A DNA stretch of 64,000 bases from Nitrospirota bacterium (GCA_963755045.1 CAVWIL010000006.1:74664-138663); one strand, 5' to 3'. Shown: positions 27,621-39,085, numbered from the stretch's first letter. Notes: a model not told the origin generated them from the letters alone. Program-made: numbers and translations.

Positions 27621-29561
27621 TTATCGCTTCCCCAGTTCCTGTTTCACATAATTCAGCGTCCCGCCCGCCAGAAGATGTTTCCTCTGCCGATCTGACACGT
27701 CCAAAATTGTCATAATAGTCCGGCCATCCGCCTCTACCGGAATTTCCCTGTCGCCCCGTTCTATCCGCTTCCGGACCTCGGAAAACACCACGGTCGCAGC
27801 CTTATTCAGTGTATCATAATCTTTCGGATCTTTGAACATGAGCGGAATGATCCCAAAGTTGCACAGGTTCGATTTATGGATGCGGGCAAAGCTCTTCACG
27901 ATCTTCACGCGGACTCCCAGATAACGCGGCGCGAGCGCCGCATGCTCCCGGCTCGATCCCTGTCCGTAGTTCTCACCCCCGATGATCACCACCGTACCCA
28001 TGTCTTTAGCTCTCTTTGCAAAACCCGGGTCAAGCTGGGAATAGACGAACTCGCTGATCGCCTCGATGTTCGAGCGAAGAGGGAGTATCTGGTTCCCTGC
28101 CGGCATGATCGCGTCCGTTGAGATATTGTCACCCACCTTCAATGCAATCGTTGCGATGAGCGTGTCCGGCAGTGGTTCCAGAACCGGCAGGGGCTTGATG
28201 TTCGGCCCGCGAACGATCGCGGTTTTTCTCAACTCGTCCGATGGAAAAACGATCGACTTCTCTTCTATTATAGTCTTCGTCGGCTCCGTAATGCGCGGAT
28301 AAGCCATCTCCCCGGCCAGGTCGCGTGGGTCAGTAATGACCCCTTTCAGCGCCGCCGCGGTGGCGGTTTCTGGAGAGCAGAGGTAGACCTTGTCGTCCTT
28401 GGTCCCCGACCTGCCCGGGAAATTCCGCGGAAAGGTGCGCAGACTCACCTCGCCCGTACCGGGCGCCTGGCCCATGCCGATGCATCCCTGGCAACCGGGC
28501 TCGTGCACACGCGCGCCCGCCATGAAGAACAACTGGAGTCCGCCCTGCTGCGCCACGTTCTCGATCACCTCGCGGCTCCCGGGATTCACGTGAAAGTTCG
28601 TCTCCGGGTGGACGCGTCTTCCCTCGAGCATTCTGGCTGAAATCATCAGGTCACGATAGGACGAGTTCACGCTGCTGCCTACGATGGCCTGGTCCACTTT
28701 GATGCCTGCCACTTCCCTGACCCGCACAACGTTCCCGGGCGACGACGGCGTGGCGATCAGCGGTTCGAGCTTCGAGAGATCGATCTCTTCCTGTTCGTCA
28801 TATTCGGCCCCCTCATCAGCCGCAAGAGGAACCCATTTGTCACCCCTTCCCTGGGCAACGAGATATTCCCTCGTCCGTTCATCGGAAGGAAAGATCGAGG
28901 ACGTTGCCCCGGTCTCGGTACCCATGTTGCCAATGGTCTCGCGGTCCGTGGCGGACAGCGACGCCACACCCGGTCCATAGTACTCAATGACCTTGCCCAC
29001 GCAGCCCTTGACGTCATGGCGTCTGAGCATTTCGAGTATCACGTCCTTGGCGCTCACCCAGTCAGGCAACCTTCCGATGAGCCTGACGCCGAGCACCCTG
29101 GGACACGGGAGATGATAGGGATACCCGGCCATGGCCAAGGCGACATCCAGACCTCCGGCGCCGATCCCGAGCATGGACGCGCCTGCCGCGCCCGGCGTGT
29201 GGCTGTCCGCGCCAAGAAGCGTCTTGCCCGGCGCGCCGAAGCGCTCCATGTGCACCTGGTGAGAAACGCCGTTGCCCGGCTTGCTGAAATGCACGCCGAA
29301 GCGCGCGGCCGCAGTCTGAAGGAACTTGTGGTCATCCGCATTTTTGTTGTCCGTCTGGAGCAGGTTGTGATCGACGTACTGCGCGGCAAGCTCCACCTTC
29401 ACCCGATCAAGCCCCAGCGCCTCGAACTCGAGCATCGCAAGCGTTCCCGTCGCGTCCTGCAGCAGCGTATGGTCGATCCTGATGCCGATCTCCTTGCCGG
29501 CGACCAGTTCTCCTTCCACCAGATGTGACCCCAGGATCTTATGTGTAAGATTCTTTTTCAT
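27621..29561 (-). CDS. acn: Aconitate hydratase (646-aa compact type)
   Basis: This ORF is intact. It carries ...GADSHTPGAAG..., the Fe-S ligand region HEPGCQGCIGMGQAP, and a C-terminal swivel domain GGENYGQGSSREHAALAPRYLGV. Confidence 0.85.
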   Translation of the reverse strand: MKKNLTHKILGSHLVEGELVAGKEIGIRIDHTLLQDATGTLAMLEFEALGLDRVKVELAAQYVDHNLLQTDNKNADDHKFLQTAAARFGVHFSKPGNGVSHQVHMERFGAPGKTLLGADSHTPGAAGASMLGIGAGGLDVALAMAGYPYHLPCPRVLGVRLIGRLPDWVSAKDVILEMLRRHDVKGCVGKVIEYYGPGVASLSATDRETIGNMGTETGATSSIFPSDERTREYLVAQGRGDKWVPLAADEGAEYDEQEEIDLSKLEPLIATPSSPGNVVRVREVAGIKVDQAIVGSSVNSSYRDLMISARMLEGRRVHPETNFHVNPGSREVIENVAQQGGLQLFFMAGARVHEPGCQGCIGMGQAPGTGEVSLRTFPRNFPGRSGTKDDKVYLCSPETATAAALKGVITDPRDLAGEMAYPRITEPTKTIIEEKSIVFPSDELRKTAIVRGPNIKPLPVLEPLPDTLIATIALKVGDNISTDAIMPAGNQILPLRSNIEAISEFVYSQLDPGFAKRAKDMGTVVIIGGENYGQGSSREHAALAPRYLGVRVKIVKSFARIHKSNLCNFGIIPLMFKDPKDYDTLNKAATVVFSEVRKRIERGDREIPVEADGRTIMTILDVSDRQRKHLLAGGTLNYVKQELGKR

Positions 29562-29652
29562 GATACCCTGACCAAATTTAGGACAGAATGACTCCCTTTT
29601 CCCTTCTCTAGTATTATTTTACCACGTTTTCAGGGGAGACGAGCTGCCGGGA

Positions 29653-30018
29653 TCAACCCTCTTCCGATAGTTCCGTCCGGACAAGGGCGAGAATTGCTGA
29701 ATGGGGAACAATGAGGTATTTCTTGTCCTCGAACTCGATCTCCATTGATTGATCTTTGAGGAAGATGGCGTAATCACCATCGGCGGCCTGCAAGGGGAGG
29801 TACTTTACGTCCTTCTTGCCCGTTCTCCACGACTCGTCGGGGGTATTGTCCGGAATGGGATACCCCGGCCCTGTCTTCACCACATGGCCGCCCATGATCT
29901 TTTCCTTTTCCTTGACCGTGGGAGGAAGATAGAGCCCTGAAGGCGTTTTGTCCATCCGTTCATCAGGGTCAATGAGGACTCTGTCGCCGACGATGATGAG
30001 ATTTTTCTTCGTTTTCAT
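29653..30018 (-). CDS. GroES/Cpn10-like protein (second, divergent paralogue)
   Basis: MKTKKNLIIVGDRVLIDPDERMDKTPSGLYLPPTVKEKEKIMGGHVVKTGPG resembles the Cpn10 mobile loop plus beta core. There is an extra insert and an acidic tail. Confidence 0.55.
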   Translation of the reverse strand: MKTKKNLIIVGDRVLIDPDERMDKTPSGLYLPPTVKEKEKIMGGHVVKTGPGYPIPDNTPDESWRTGKKDVKYLPLQAADGDYAIFLKDQSMEIEFEDKKYLIVPHSAILALVRTELSEEG

Positions 30019-30043
30019 CCTGACCTCTTTGTTCCCGCCCATG

Positions 30044-31327
30044 TTATAAATTTCCGCGCAGTTTCTCCACGTTCAGGATCCGCTTCACCGCCAGCTCGTA
30101 GGCGGCCTTCCGCATCCGGCACTTTGTTTCGCGGCAGTGGTCATGGACATCATTGAACGCCGTGATCATGATCAGCTTCAGACGTTCAAGCACCTTTTCT
30201 TCCGGCCAGGGCTCGTTGCTCAGATTCTGGCTCCATTCGAAATAGCTCACCACGACACCGCCTGCGTTGGCAAGAATATCAGGGATTACCAGGATGTCCC
30301 TTTTGAAGAGAATGTCATCGGCTTGTGCGGTAAGGGGCGCGTTCGCGAGCTCGAGGACGATCTTTGCCTTCACGTCATGGGCGTTATTCGCGTCGAGCTG
30401 GTTCGAGAGGGCCGCCGGTATCAGGATTTCGCAGTCAACGGCAAGGAGTTCTGCAGGGGAAATGTTTTGTGCGTTTTCGAAACCGGCGACGCTGCCGGTC
30501 TTGTTCTTGTGATGTCTGAGCGAAGGGATATCGAGCCCGCCGGGGTCCATGATGGCGCCGTTCACGTCGCTCACGGCCACGATCGTGTAGCCCCAGTGAT
30601 GGAGCATGCGTGCGACATTCTTTCCCGCATTGCCGAACCCCTGGACCGCAACACGCGTCCCCTGCGCTTTCATGCCCAGCTCCTTCATGGCCTGCTCAAG
30701 CACGTGGATGCCGCCCAGCGCGGTCGAGTACCTGCGCGCCCTGATGCCGCCCAGCGCGGGCGGTTTTCCCGTGACCACGGCGGGAACATGCTCACGCTTG
30801 ATCCGCTCATACTCGTCGAGTATCCACGCCATGATCTGCTCGTCGGTGTACACGTCGGGCGCGGGGATATCCTTGAACGGCCCGATGTAGTCCGCAATGG
30901 CCCGGATGTACCCGCGCGTCACCAGTTCAAGATCGCGCTTCGAAAGGTCCAGGGGATTGACCGCAACACCGCCCTTTGCGCCGCCGAAGGGGATGTTCAC
31001 CACAGCGCACTTGAGCGCCATGAGGAAGGCAAGCTCACTCGCATGCTCTTCATCCATCGCGGGATGGAAGCGAATGCCGCCCTTGGCCGGGCCGCACGCG
31101 TCATTGTACTGCACACGGTAACCCGTGTACATCTGGGTCCTGCCCGTTGTCATCTTCACCGGAAAGCTCACGGTAAAGGACCGGCGCGGCGCGGACAGAA
31201 GGTCGAGTTCCTCCTGCGTGAGACCGAGGTCGGCGTAGATGGTCTGCAGCTCGGTCATGGCGAGGCTGCGAAGGTCTTTTTCGTCACGGTGGAGACGATC
31301 GTCGTTACGGTTCATGAAATGCCTCAT
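30044..31327 (-). CDS. gdh: Glutamate dehydrogenase (Glu/Leu/Phe/Val dehydrogenase family)
   Basis: The ORF is intact. It reads ...GYRVQYNDACGPAKGGIRFHP...FGGAKGGV...VAVQGFGNAGKNVA.... The start was chosen at MRHFMNRND (31327). The ORF track extends to 31369, into a hairpin repeat. Confidence 0.85.
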   Translation of the reverse strand: MRHFMNRNDDRLHRDEKDLRSLAMTELQTIYADLGLTQEELDLLSAPRRSFTVSFPVKMTTGRTQMYTGYRVQYNDACGPAKGGIRFHPAMDEEHASELAFLMALKCAVVNIPFGGAKGGVAVNPLDLSKRDLELVTRGYIRAIADYIGPFKDIPAPDVYTDEQIMAWILDEYERIKREHVPAVVTGKPPALGGIRARRYSTALGGIHVLEQAMKELGMKAQGTRVAVQGFGNAGKNVARMLHHWGYTIVAVSDVNGAIMDPGGLDIPSLRHHKNKTGSVAGFENAQNISPAELLAVDCEILIPAALSNQLDANNAHDVKAKIVLELANAPLTAQADDILFKRDILVIPDILANAGGVVVSYFEWSQNLSNEPWPEEKVLERLKLIMITAFNDVHDHCRETKCRMRKAAYELAVKRILNVEKLRGNL

Positions 31328-31336
31328 TGAAAATAC

Positions 31337-31422
31337 GTTCGGAGTCAGAGCAGTGAGTTCGTAGTTCAAACAATGGAGAGGATGGGTTTTTCACTCCGAA
31401 CTCCGAACTGACAACTCCGAAC
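31337..31422. repeat. Word hairpin (CCGAAC/GTTCGG words) between gdh and the malic enzyme gene
   Basis: The left arm GTTCGGAGTCAGAGCAGTGAGTTCGTAGTTC (31337-31367) is imperfectly complementary to CACTCCGAACTCCGAACTGACAACTCCGAAC (31392-31422). Confidence 0.6.
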
Positions 31423-31424
31423 AT

Positions 31425-32835
31425 TTATTTCGCAAGCCCCGTCTTCTTCGCGGCCTCGGCCACGGCAGCCGCCACTGACGCCACCACGGTGCGGTCGAAA
31501 ATGCTTGGGATAATATAGTCCTCGTGCAGCTCCCCGGTCTTAACCGTGTGGGCGATGGCCCTGGCAGCGGCGAGCTTCACCGCCTCGTTCACGCCGTGCG
31601 CGCGCACATCGAGCAATCCCCGGAACATGCCGGGGAAACACGAGCATATTGTTGATCTGGTTCGGGTAGTCCGACCGTCCTGTTGCCATGACCCGCACCA
31701 GCGGCATGGGCCTTCTCCGGCGAGATCTCGGGCTCGGGATTTGCGAGGGCGAATACGATCGGGCCTTTCGCCATCCTCTTGATGTCATGCGCGGTGATCA
31801 AATTCGGGGCCGACAACCCGATGAACACATGCGCGCCCTTCATTGCGTCGGATATGCTTCCCTTCACCTTTCGCGGGTTCGTGGCTTTTGCCAATGCGCT
31901 TTTATAGGGGTCCATTCCCTGCTTCCTGCCCGTGTACAGCGCGCCGGTCCTGTCGCACACGATAATGTCCCTGACCCCCGAGGACAGGAGGATCTTCGTG
32001 GTCGCCGAACCGGCCGCTCCCGCCCCGACGACCACGATCCTGAAATTTTTCAGGTCGCGCTTGAGCAGCCTCGAAACATTGATGAGCGCTGCCAGCACAA
32101 CCACGGCCGTGCCATGCTGGTCGTCATGGAACACCGGGATATCGAGCATACTTCCGGAGCCGGGATTCGATCTCGAAGCAGCGGGGCGCGGAAATGTCCT
32201 CGAGGTTGATGCCGCCGAAGGCCGGCGCAATGTTCTTGACCGTGGTCGATGATCTCGTCCACGTCTTTGGTCGCGAGCACGATGGGGAAAGGCGTCGATG
32301 TTCGCGAACTCCTTGAAGATCATGGCCTTGCCTTCCATGACCGGCAGCGCCGCCTCGGGCCCGATGTCGCCCAGGCCCAGGACCGCGGTGCCGTCGGATA
32401 CCACGGCAACGGCATTTCCCTTGATCGTGTAGCGGTACGCGTGCTCCGGTTGCTGATGGATGTCCATGCAGACCCGCGCCACGCCCGGCGTGTAGACCTT
32501 GGAAAGATCGTTCCGGTCGCGCACCGGCAGCTTGTTTTTGATCTCGATCTTTCCGCCCTCATGGGCCGAGAAGGTGCGGTCCGTGGACCCTGAGGACTTT
32601 CACGCCCGGCACGGTCTTGATGGCCTTTACGATCGACCGTTCGTGCTCCTCGTTGCGGGCGTTCACGGTGATGTCCCGGATGATCTTGCCCTTCTCCACG
32701 CGCACGATGTCCACAGCGCCCATGTCGCCGCCCGGCACCGCCTATGGCCGTGGCGATCCTGGCGAACATGCCGATGCGGTTCTCGATCTCGACCCGGATG
32801 GTGATGCTGTAGCTGGGACTGGGACTGGACTGCAT
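31425..32835 (-). CDS. NAD(P)-dependent malic enzyme with N-terminal ACT domain, multiple frameshifts
   Basis: The pieces span several frames. They are [32 protein letters not shown] (ACT), ...[79 protein letters not shown]..., ...[17 protein letters not shown]..., and a C-terminal ...[30 protein letters not shown]...*. Confidence 0.8.
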
Positions 32836-33141
32836 ACAAGTTCTTCATGGAGCATCTCCTTTGTTCTCTCATTATAGAGGCAATTTACCCGCATGGTCAA
32901 CCAGCTGGAAAAGAAATCGTGAGTGTTATTGTTCCAGGCTGAGTTTTCTCATAGAAAAATCACGTGCAAAATCCGGAACGAACGTGTATAATCGGGTCCA
33001 TGTATTTTGTAAATTATGATTCTTGCCCAGCTCTCTGCGCTCCAGGAAACAGTCATAGCTCGATGGCATTCATAGTACTTGAACGTTGCGATGAGTGCCT
33101 CTGCGAGACACTAGCATTAGTCCTTCTGGTGAAAAGAACTC

Positions 33142-34541
33142 ATGACCGACTACCGAATTGAAAAAGACTCCCTCGGTGAAGTCAAGGTCCCCGTGGACGC
33201 GCTCTACGGCGCGCAGACCCAGCGCGCCGTCCAGAACTTCCCCGTGAGCAGCATCCGGTTCCCCCGCGTCTTTATCCGCTGCTCTCGGGCTCATCAAGGC
33301 CGTGGCCGCCGAGGTAAACGCGGGACTGGGGCTGCTCGATCGCGAAGATCGCCGAGGCCATCCATCAGGCCGCCCTGGAAGTTGCGGACGGCAACTGGGA
33401 CGACCACTTCCCGCTCGATATCTTCCAGACCGGCTCGGCAACATCCACGAACATGAATGCCAACGAGGTGATCGCCAACCGCGCCACACAGATCCTCGGC
33501 GCCATCGGCAAAGCCCGTCCATCCGAACAACGACGTGAACATGGGCCAGTCCTCGAACGATGTCATCCCCGCTGCGATCCATGTGAGCGCCTATCTTGAA
33601 GTAAGCGAAGTGCTTCTGCCGGCATTCAAACACCTCCATGAAACGCTCAAAAAGCGTGAACTGGAATTTCGGGATATCGTCAAGACCGGCCGCACCCATC
33701 TGATGGACGCCATGCCGGTCCGGCTCGGCCAGGAGATCAGCGGCTGGGCTTATCAGGTGCAGCAGAGCATCGAACGGATCGAATCCTCCCTGCCCCGTCT
33801 CGCAAAGCTCGCCATCGGCGGCACTGCCGTGGGCACGGGATCAATGCGCCGAAGGATTTCGGCAAGATCGTCGCCCAGCAGGCTCGCCGGGCCGTACCAG
33901 TCTGCCCTTTGTTGAAACCGACAATCACTTCGCAGCCCAGGCGACCATGGACACGGCCGTGGAACTGTGCGGACAGCTGAAAGCTACTGCCTCTTCCTTC
34001 ATGAAAATGGCGAACGACCTGCGGCTGGATGAACAGCGGCCCGATCGCGGGGCTCGGAGAGATATCGCTGCCGGCGCTTCAGCCCGGTTCCAGCATCATG
34101 CCCGGCAAGGTGAACCCGGTGATGTGCGAGATGATGATGATGGTCTGCGCCCAGGTTACGGGGAACGATGCGGCCATTACGATCGCAACCAGCAGGGCAA
34201 TTTCGAGTTGAATGTCATGCTGCCGGTCATCGCCCACAACCTGCTCCAGTCCATCACCCTGCTCGGAAACGCATCCCGTCTCCTGGCGGACAAGGCGATC
34301 GCAGGCTTCACCGTGAACCGGGAACGCATCGACGGGACTGGTGGACAAGAACCCCATCCTCGTGACCGCGCTGAACCCGGTCATCGGCTATGACAAGGCC
34401 GCCCAGATCGCGAAGAAGGCGTATGCAGAGGGCCGGTCATTGAAGGATGTGGCAGCGGAGATGACGGATTTATCAAAGGAAGAACTGGACAAACTGCTTG
34501 ATCCGAGGAAGATGACGGAAGGCGGGGTCAATGATGCTTAG
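33142..34541 (+). CDS. fumC: Class II fumarate hydratase, many frameshifts
   Basis: It reads [36 protein letters not shown]..., then in shifting frames ...[16 protein letters not shown].., [18 protein letters not shown]..., [18 protein letters not shown]..., [11 protein letters not shown] (the SS loop), and ...[25 protein letters not shown]...*. Confidence 0.85.
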
Positions 34542-34774
34542 GGCAGAGCGCTAAGCTGGTCTTTCTATTCATTCTATACGTTGTGCGCCATGCGCCGTGC
34601 TCCATCCTCCATCCTTCATCCACTTCTCTCAGAGTCAGGGGCAAATCGTTTTCGTATTGCAAATAGGATTGCACTTCGGTTTACTGGTGCTGACCAACAA
34701 GATGTAACAATCATGAATAATAATAACACGAAAAGAAGTTTAATTAAAACCTCCTCAGGCATGAAATCCCTTCC

Positions 34775-35008
34775 TCAATCCCCAAAATGTTTCTTGAACA
34801 ATTCCTCCGCCAGCCTCGCACCTTCCGCGGACACGGTGACTGACTTTGCCTTGCTCTTCGGATTGCTGATGTACCCCTTCTCGTGCAGCCGGTTCATTGT
34901 TTCCCAGTCGAACCCCTTCCATGCCCTCACGCCATCCTTGCCTTTTTCCGTAACGAGGTACAGAAGCGCAAGCGTCATTTCGTCCACTTTGTCTTTGTTG
35001 TACGCCAT
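34775..35008 (-). CDS. DUF6429-like small protein
   Basis: This 77-aa ORF reads MAYNKDKVDEMTLALLYLVTEKGKDGVRAWKGFDWETMNRLHEKGYISNPKSKAKSVTVSAEGARLAEELFKKHF. The family call is from memory of the RAWKGFDW..MNRLHEKG motif. Confidence 0.55.
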   Translation of the reverse strand: MAYNKDKVDEMTLALLYLVTEKGKDGVRAWKGFDWETMNRLHEKGYISNPKSKAKSVTVSAEGARLAEELFKKHFGD

Positions 35009-35288
35009 AATGCCTCCTCATTCGCAGCGCGGCCTTTGTGACCTCCCTCTCCTTCAAGGAGAGGGCTGGGGTGAGGATGGGTTACTGCTGTGTCTACGAA
35101 ACCCATCCCCACCTTAATCCTCCCCTTGAAGGGGAGGAAACCCGACGCCTGCGTTGGTATTTACGTTGCGTTGTCCTGTCTCTCACTCTTCTAAGCTTCA
35201 AATCGTCATCTATCACACAGCATGAGCATTCCATCGTCACACTGAAAAATGCTCTGCTGATAGTTCCTGGGACCGTCGCGCACCGTTC

Positions 35289-35570
35289 TCAACTATCAAA
35301 AAGCAATTCAAATTCTCTTGGGGCGATGATGCGAATTCCATTGAAGACTTTCAAATGAAGAAGGTCCTTGTCTCCTGTGATAAGATAATCAGCGTCTGCT
35401 TCCAGAGCGCATGCCAGAACATTGTCGTCATCTTTGTCCCGGCAAACCCCTGATGGCCTTTCGGTAGGATGCACGATATCCTGGGCCGCCTCAGCGATCA
35501 ATGTCAGGGCGTTTTCCCGCTCCTGTTTTGTTGCTGAAAACTTTTTTGAAGGGATGCGTTCGAATTCGTG
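35289..35570 (-). pseudogene. PIN-family toxin (TIGR00305-like), C-terminal fragment lacking its N-terminal half
   Basis: It reads ...ILHEFERIPSKKFSATKQERENALTLIAEAAQDIVHPTERPSGVCRDKDDDNVLACALEADADYLITGDKDLLHLKVFNGIRIIAPREFELLFDS*. There is no PIN N-terminal DTN motif and no start. It is fused upstream to a DUF6429-like fragment. Confidence 0.55.
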
Positions 35571-35962
35571 AAGGATGAAGGGACACGTGCAGCCGGTTCA
35601 TCGTTTCCCAGTCGTAACCCTTTCCACGCCCGCGCGCCATCCCAATTATCAGCGTCGGGCTGTAGTCCGTTCGCTGACTTTAAGTGTTCGGTGAATGTCT
35701 GTATGAGATTGTAGGGGTATTTCTGCGGGTTTTCGAGGTTATCAAGTCCTAAGTCGACATCCAACTCCGACCAGTATAAATGATAAGCGTGAAGGAGTTG
35801 AACCTTTTGAATGGACTTTATCGTTTTTTCTTGGAAATAAGGATAGTCCTCGTAGCTTAAGAAATATTCCTTTTCCTTTACATAGAGCCATATGCCGAAG
35901 GGGGTTATATTTTCAACGCTTACTAAAATGTCTTTGCCAGGCTTTAAGGATTTCATTTCCAT
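35504..35962 (-). CDS. DUF2442-domain protein whose 3' end reads through into gene remnants
   Basis: The N-terminal ~90 aa (…VSVENITPFGIWLYVKEKEYFLSYEDYPYFQEKTIKSIQKVQLLHAYHLYWSELDVDLGLDNLENPQKYP) are DUF2442-like. The tail overlaps, in another frame, ARAWKGYDWETMNRLH, a second partial DUF6429 copy. Confidence 0.55.
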   Translation of the reverse strand: MEMKSLKPGKDILVSVENITPFGIWLYVKEKEYFLSYEDYPYFQEKTIKSIQKVQLLHAYHLYWSELDVDLGLDNLENPQKYPYNLIQTFTEHLKSANGLQPDADNWDGARAWKGLRLGNDEPAARVPSSFTNSNASLQKSFQQQNRSGKTP

Positions 35963-36155
35963 GCTCCTCTACGATTTTCTGAATCTCCCTCAACTGTTTC
36001 GGATTCAATCCATGATGCACGGCCAGCGACACGATGGGTTCCAGCCAGAATTTGGCCTCGCCGTTCTCGCAGGTGACATGAATATGGATTCTGTCCTCTT
36101 CATTTTACAGAAAATAAAATCGATACCCTTTTGCTCTGAAAATTGAAGGCGTCAT
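35913..36155 (-). pseudogene. DUF4160-family protein with an in-frame TAA
   Basis: It reads MTPSIFRAKGYRFYFL*NEEDRIHIHVTCENGEAKFWLEPIVSLAVHHGLNPKQLREIQKIVEEHGNEILKAWQRHFSKR*. The stop falls where the family has FySNE. It sits in the usual partner position upstream of DUF2442. Confidence 0.6.
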
Positions 36156-36218
36156 AATCGGGATTACTGTAGCACATTCAAAATGAGGTTTTCAATCAAT
36201 TTTCTTGACGATTTGTCC

Positions 36219-36247
36219 TTGTGCTGATTTGCTTGTTCAAGTATAAT
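36219..36247 (+). promoter_or_regulatory. Putative sdhCAB promoter
   Basis: TTGTGC (36219-36224) is followed by 17 nt and TATAAT (36242-36247). The AAGGAG RBS lies at 36261-36266. Confidence 0.4.
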
Positions 36248-36272
36248 TACGTCATTGCTAAAGGAGCCGGTC

Positions 36273-36936
36273 ATGTTCCCCACCTCCACCGTAGGCAAAA
36301 AAATATTGATGGCCTTCACAGGCCAGATGATGCTCCTGTTCGTCATCATCCATCTGCTCGGCAATACCACTGTCTATTTCCACAACCTCAATGCCTACGC
36401 CGCTGCTTTGCATGCCATGCCGGTCCTCGTTTGGATGTTCCGGCTTTTCATGTCCTTGATGCTCTGTCTCCATGTCTATCTCGGCATCGTGCTCACGCTG
36501 GAGAATAAGAAGGCAAAACCGCATGCCTATGCCGTGAACACCCAGCTCAGCGCCACGTTCGCCGGAAGGAACATGATCTGGACCGGCTCGCTCATCGCCG
36601 TGTTCCTGGTCTATCATTTGCTGCAATTCACGATCCAGGTCATCGACCCATCCGTCTCGGCGCTCAGGAACCCCGACGCCCTCGGCCGGCCCGATGTATT
36701 CATGATGGTGCTCAGCAGCTTCCGGCATGTCGGCATTGTTTCCTTCTATATTATATCCGTGGCCGCTCTGCTGCTGCATCTGTTCCACGGGATACAGAGC
36801 TCATTCCAGACCTGGGGCCTGAACAACGAAAGGACGTTTCCCATCATCACCAGGGGAGGCCAAATCGCCGCGACTGATCCTGTTCCTTGGATATGGTGCG
36901 ATACCGGTTGTGATCGTGATGGGAATAGTGAAATGA
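36273..36936 (+). CDS. sdhC: Succinate dehydrogenase/fumarate reductase cytochrome b subunit (b558, five-helix type), frameshift near the 3' end
   Basis: It reads MFPTSTVGKKILMAFTGQMMLLFVIIHLLGNTTVYF...HLLQFT...LLLHLFHGIQSSFQTWGL. The authentic tail ...LILFLGYGAIPVVIVMGIVK* (stop 36934-36936) is in another frame from about 36860. Confidence 0.75.
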
Positions 36937-37012
36937 TAAAAACGCATGGGCAGAGGGCAGAGGGTTCAACGCTATGCTCCATGCACCATGCCCTCTGCAC
37001 GGAGCATAATTG

Positions 37013-38942
<1,930 letters not shown>

Positions 38943-39085
38943 AGACAAGCACCAAATAGCAGGCACCAAATCCGCAAACAAGCACCAATTTCCAAACGAT
39001 GAAATCCAAAACGTTTTGGATATTTGCTCATTGTGATTTGAGCTTATTTGAGCTTCGAATTTGAGATTTGGAATTTTCTTTAGAG
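38943..39085. repeat. Word hairpin (CACCAAAT/ATTTGAG words) in the sdhA-sdhB spacer
   Basis: The C/A-rich arm is CAAGCACCAAATAGCAGGCACCAAATCCGCAAACAAGCACCAATTTCCAAAC. The apex is the perfect palindrome AAATCCAAAACGTTTTGGATATTT. The G/T-rich arm is GCTCATTGTGATTTGAGCTTATTTGAGCTTCGAATTTGAGATTTGG. Confidence 0.7.

Noticed and set aside
30137-31330. Very long ORFs lie antisense to real genes. Examples are 30137-31330 (397 aa, opposite gdh), 50664-52163 (499 aa, opposite pckG), 57280-58683 (467 aa, opposite purH), 1198-1977, 5113-6084, 39098-39859 and 48462-49358.
   Set aside because: Their translations are Arg/Gly/His/Pro/Ala-rich with no recognisable motifs. They overlap well-supported genes on the other strand. 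This is the expected stop-codon-poor shadow frame of GC-rich, codon-biased genes.
38943-39085. The periodic short-word arrays (here and at 41151, 44701, 63239 and other sites) could be CRISPR arrays or tandem repeats.
   Set aside because: The words are 6-10 nt, degenerate and contiguous, with no unique spacers. The two halves are complementary, forming a hairpin architecture. There are no cas genes. They are not CRISPR.
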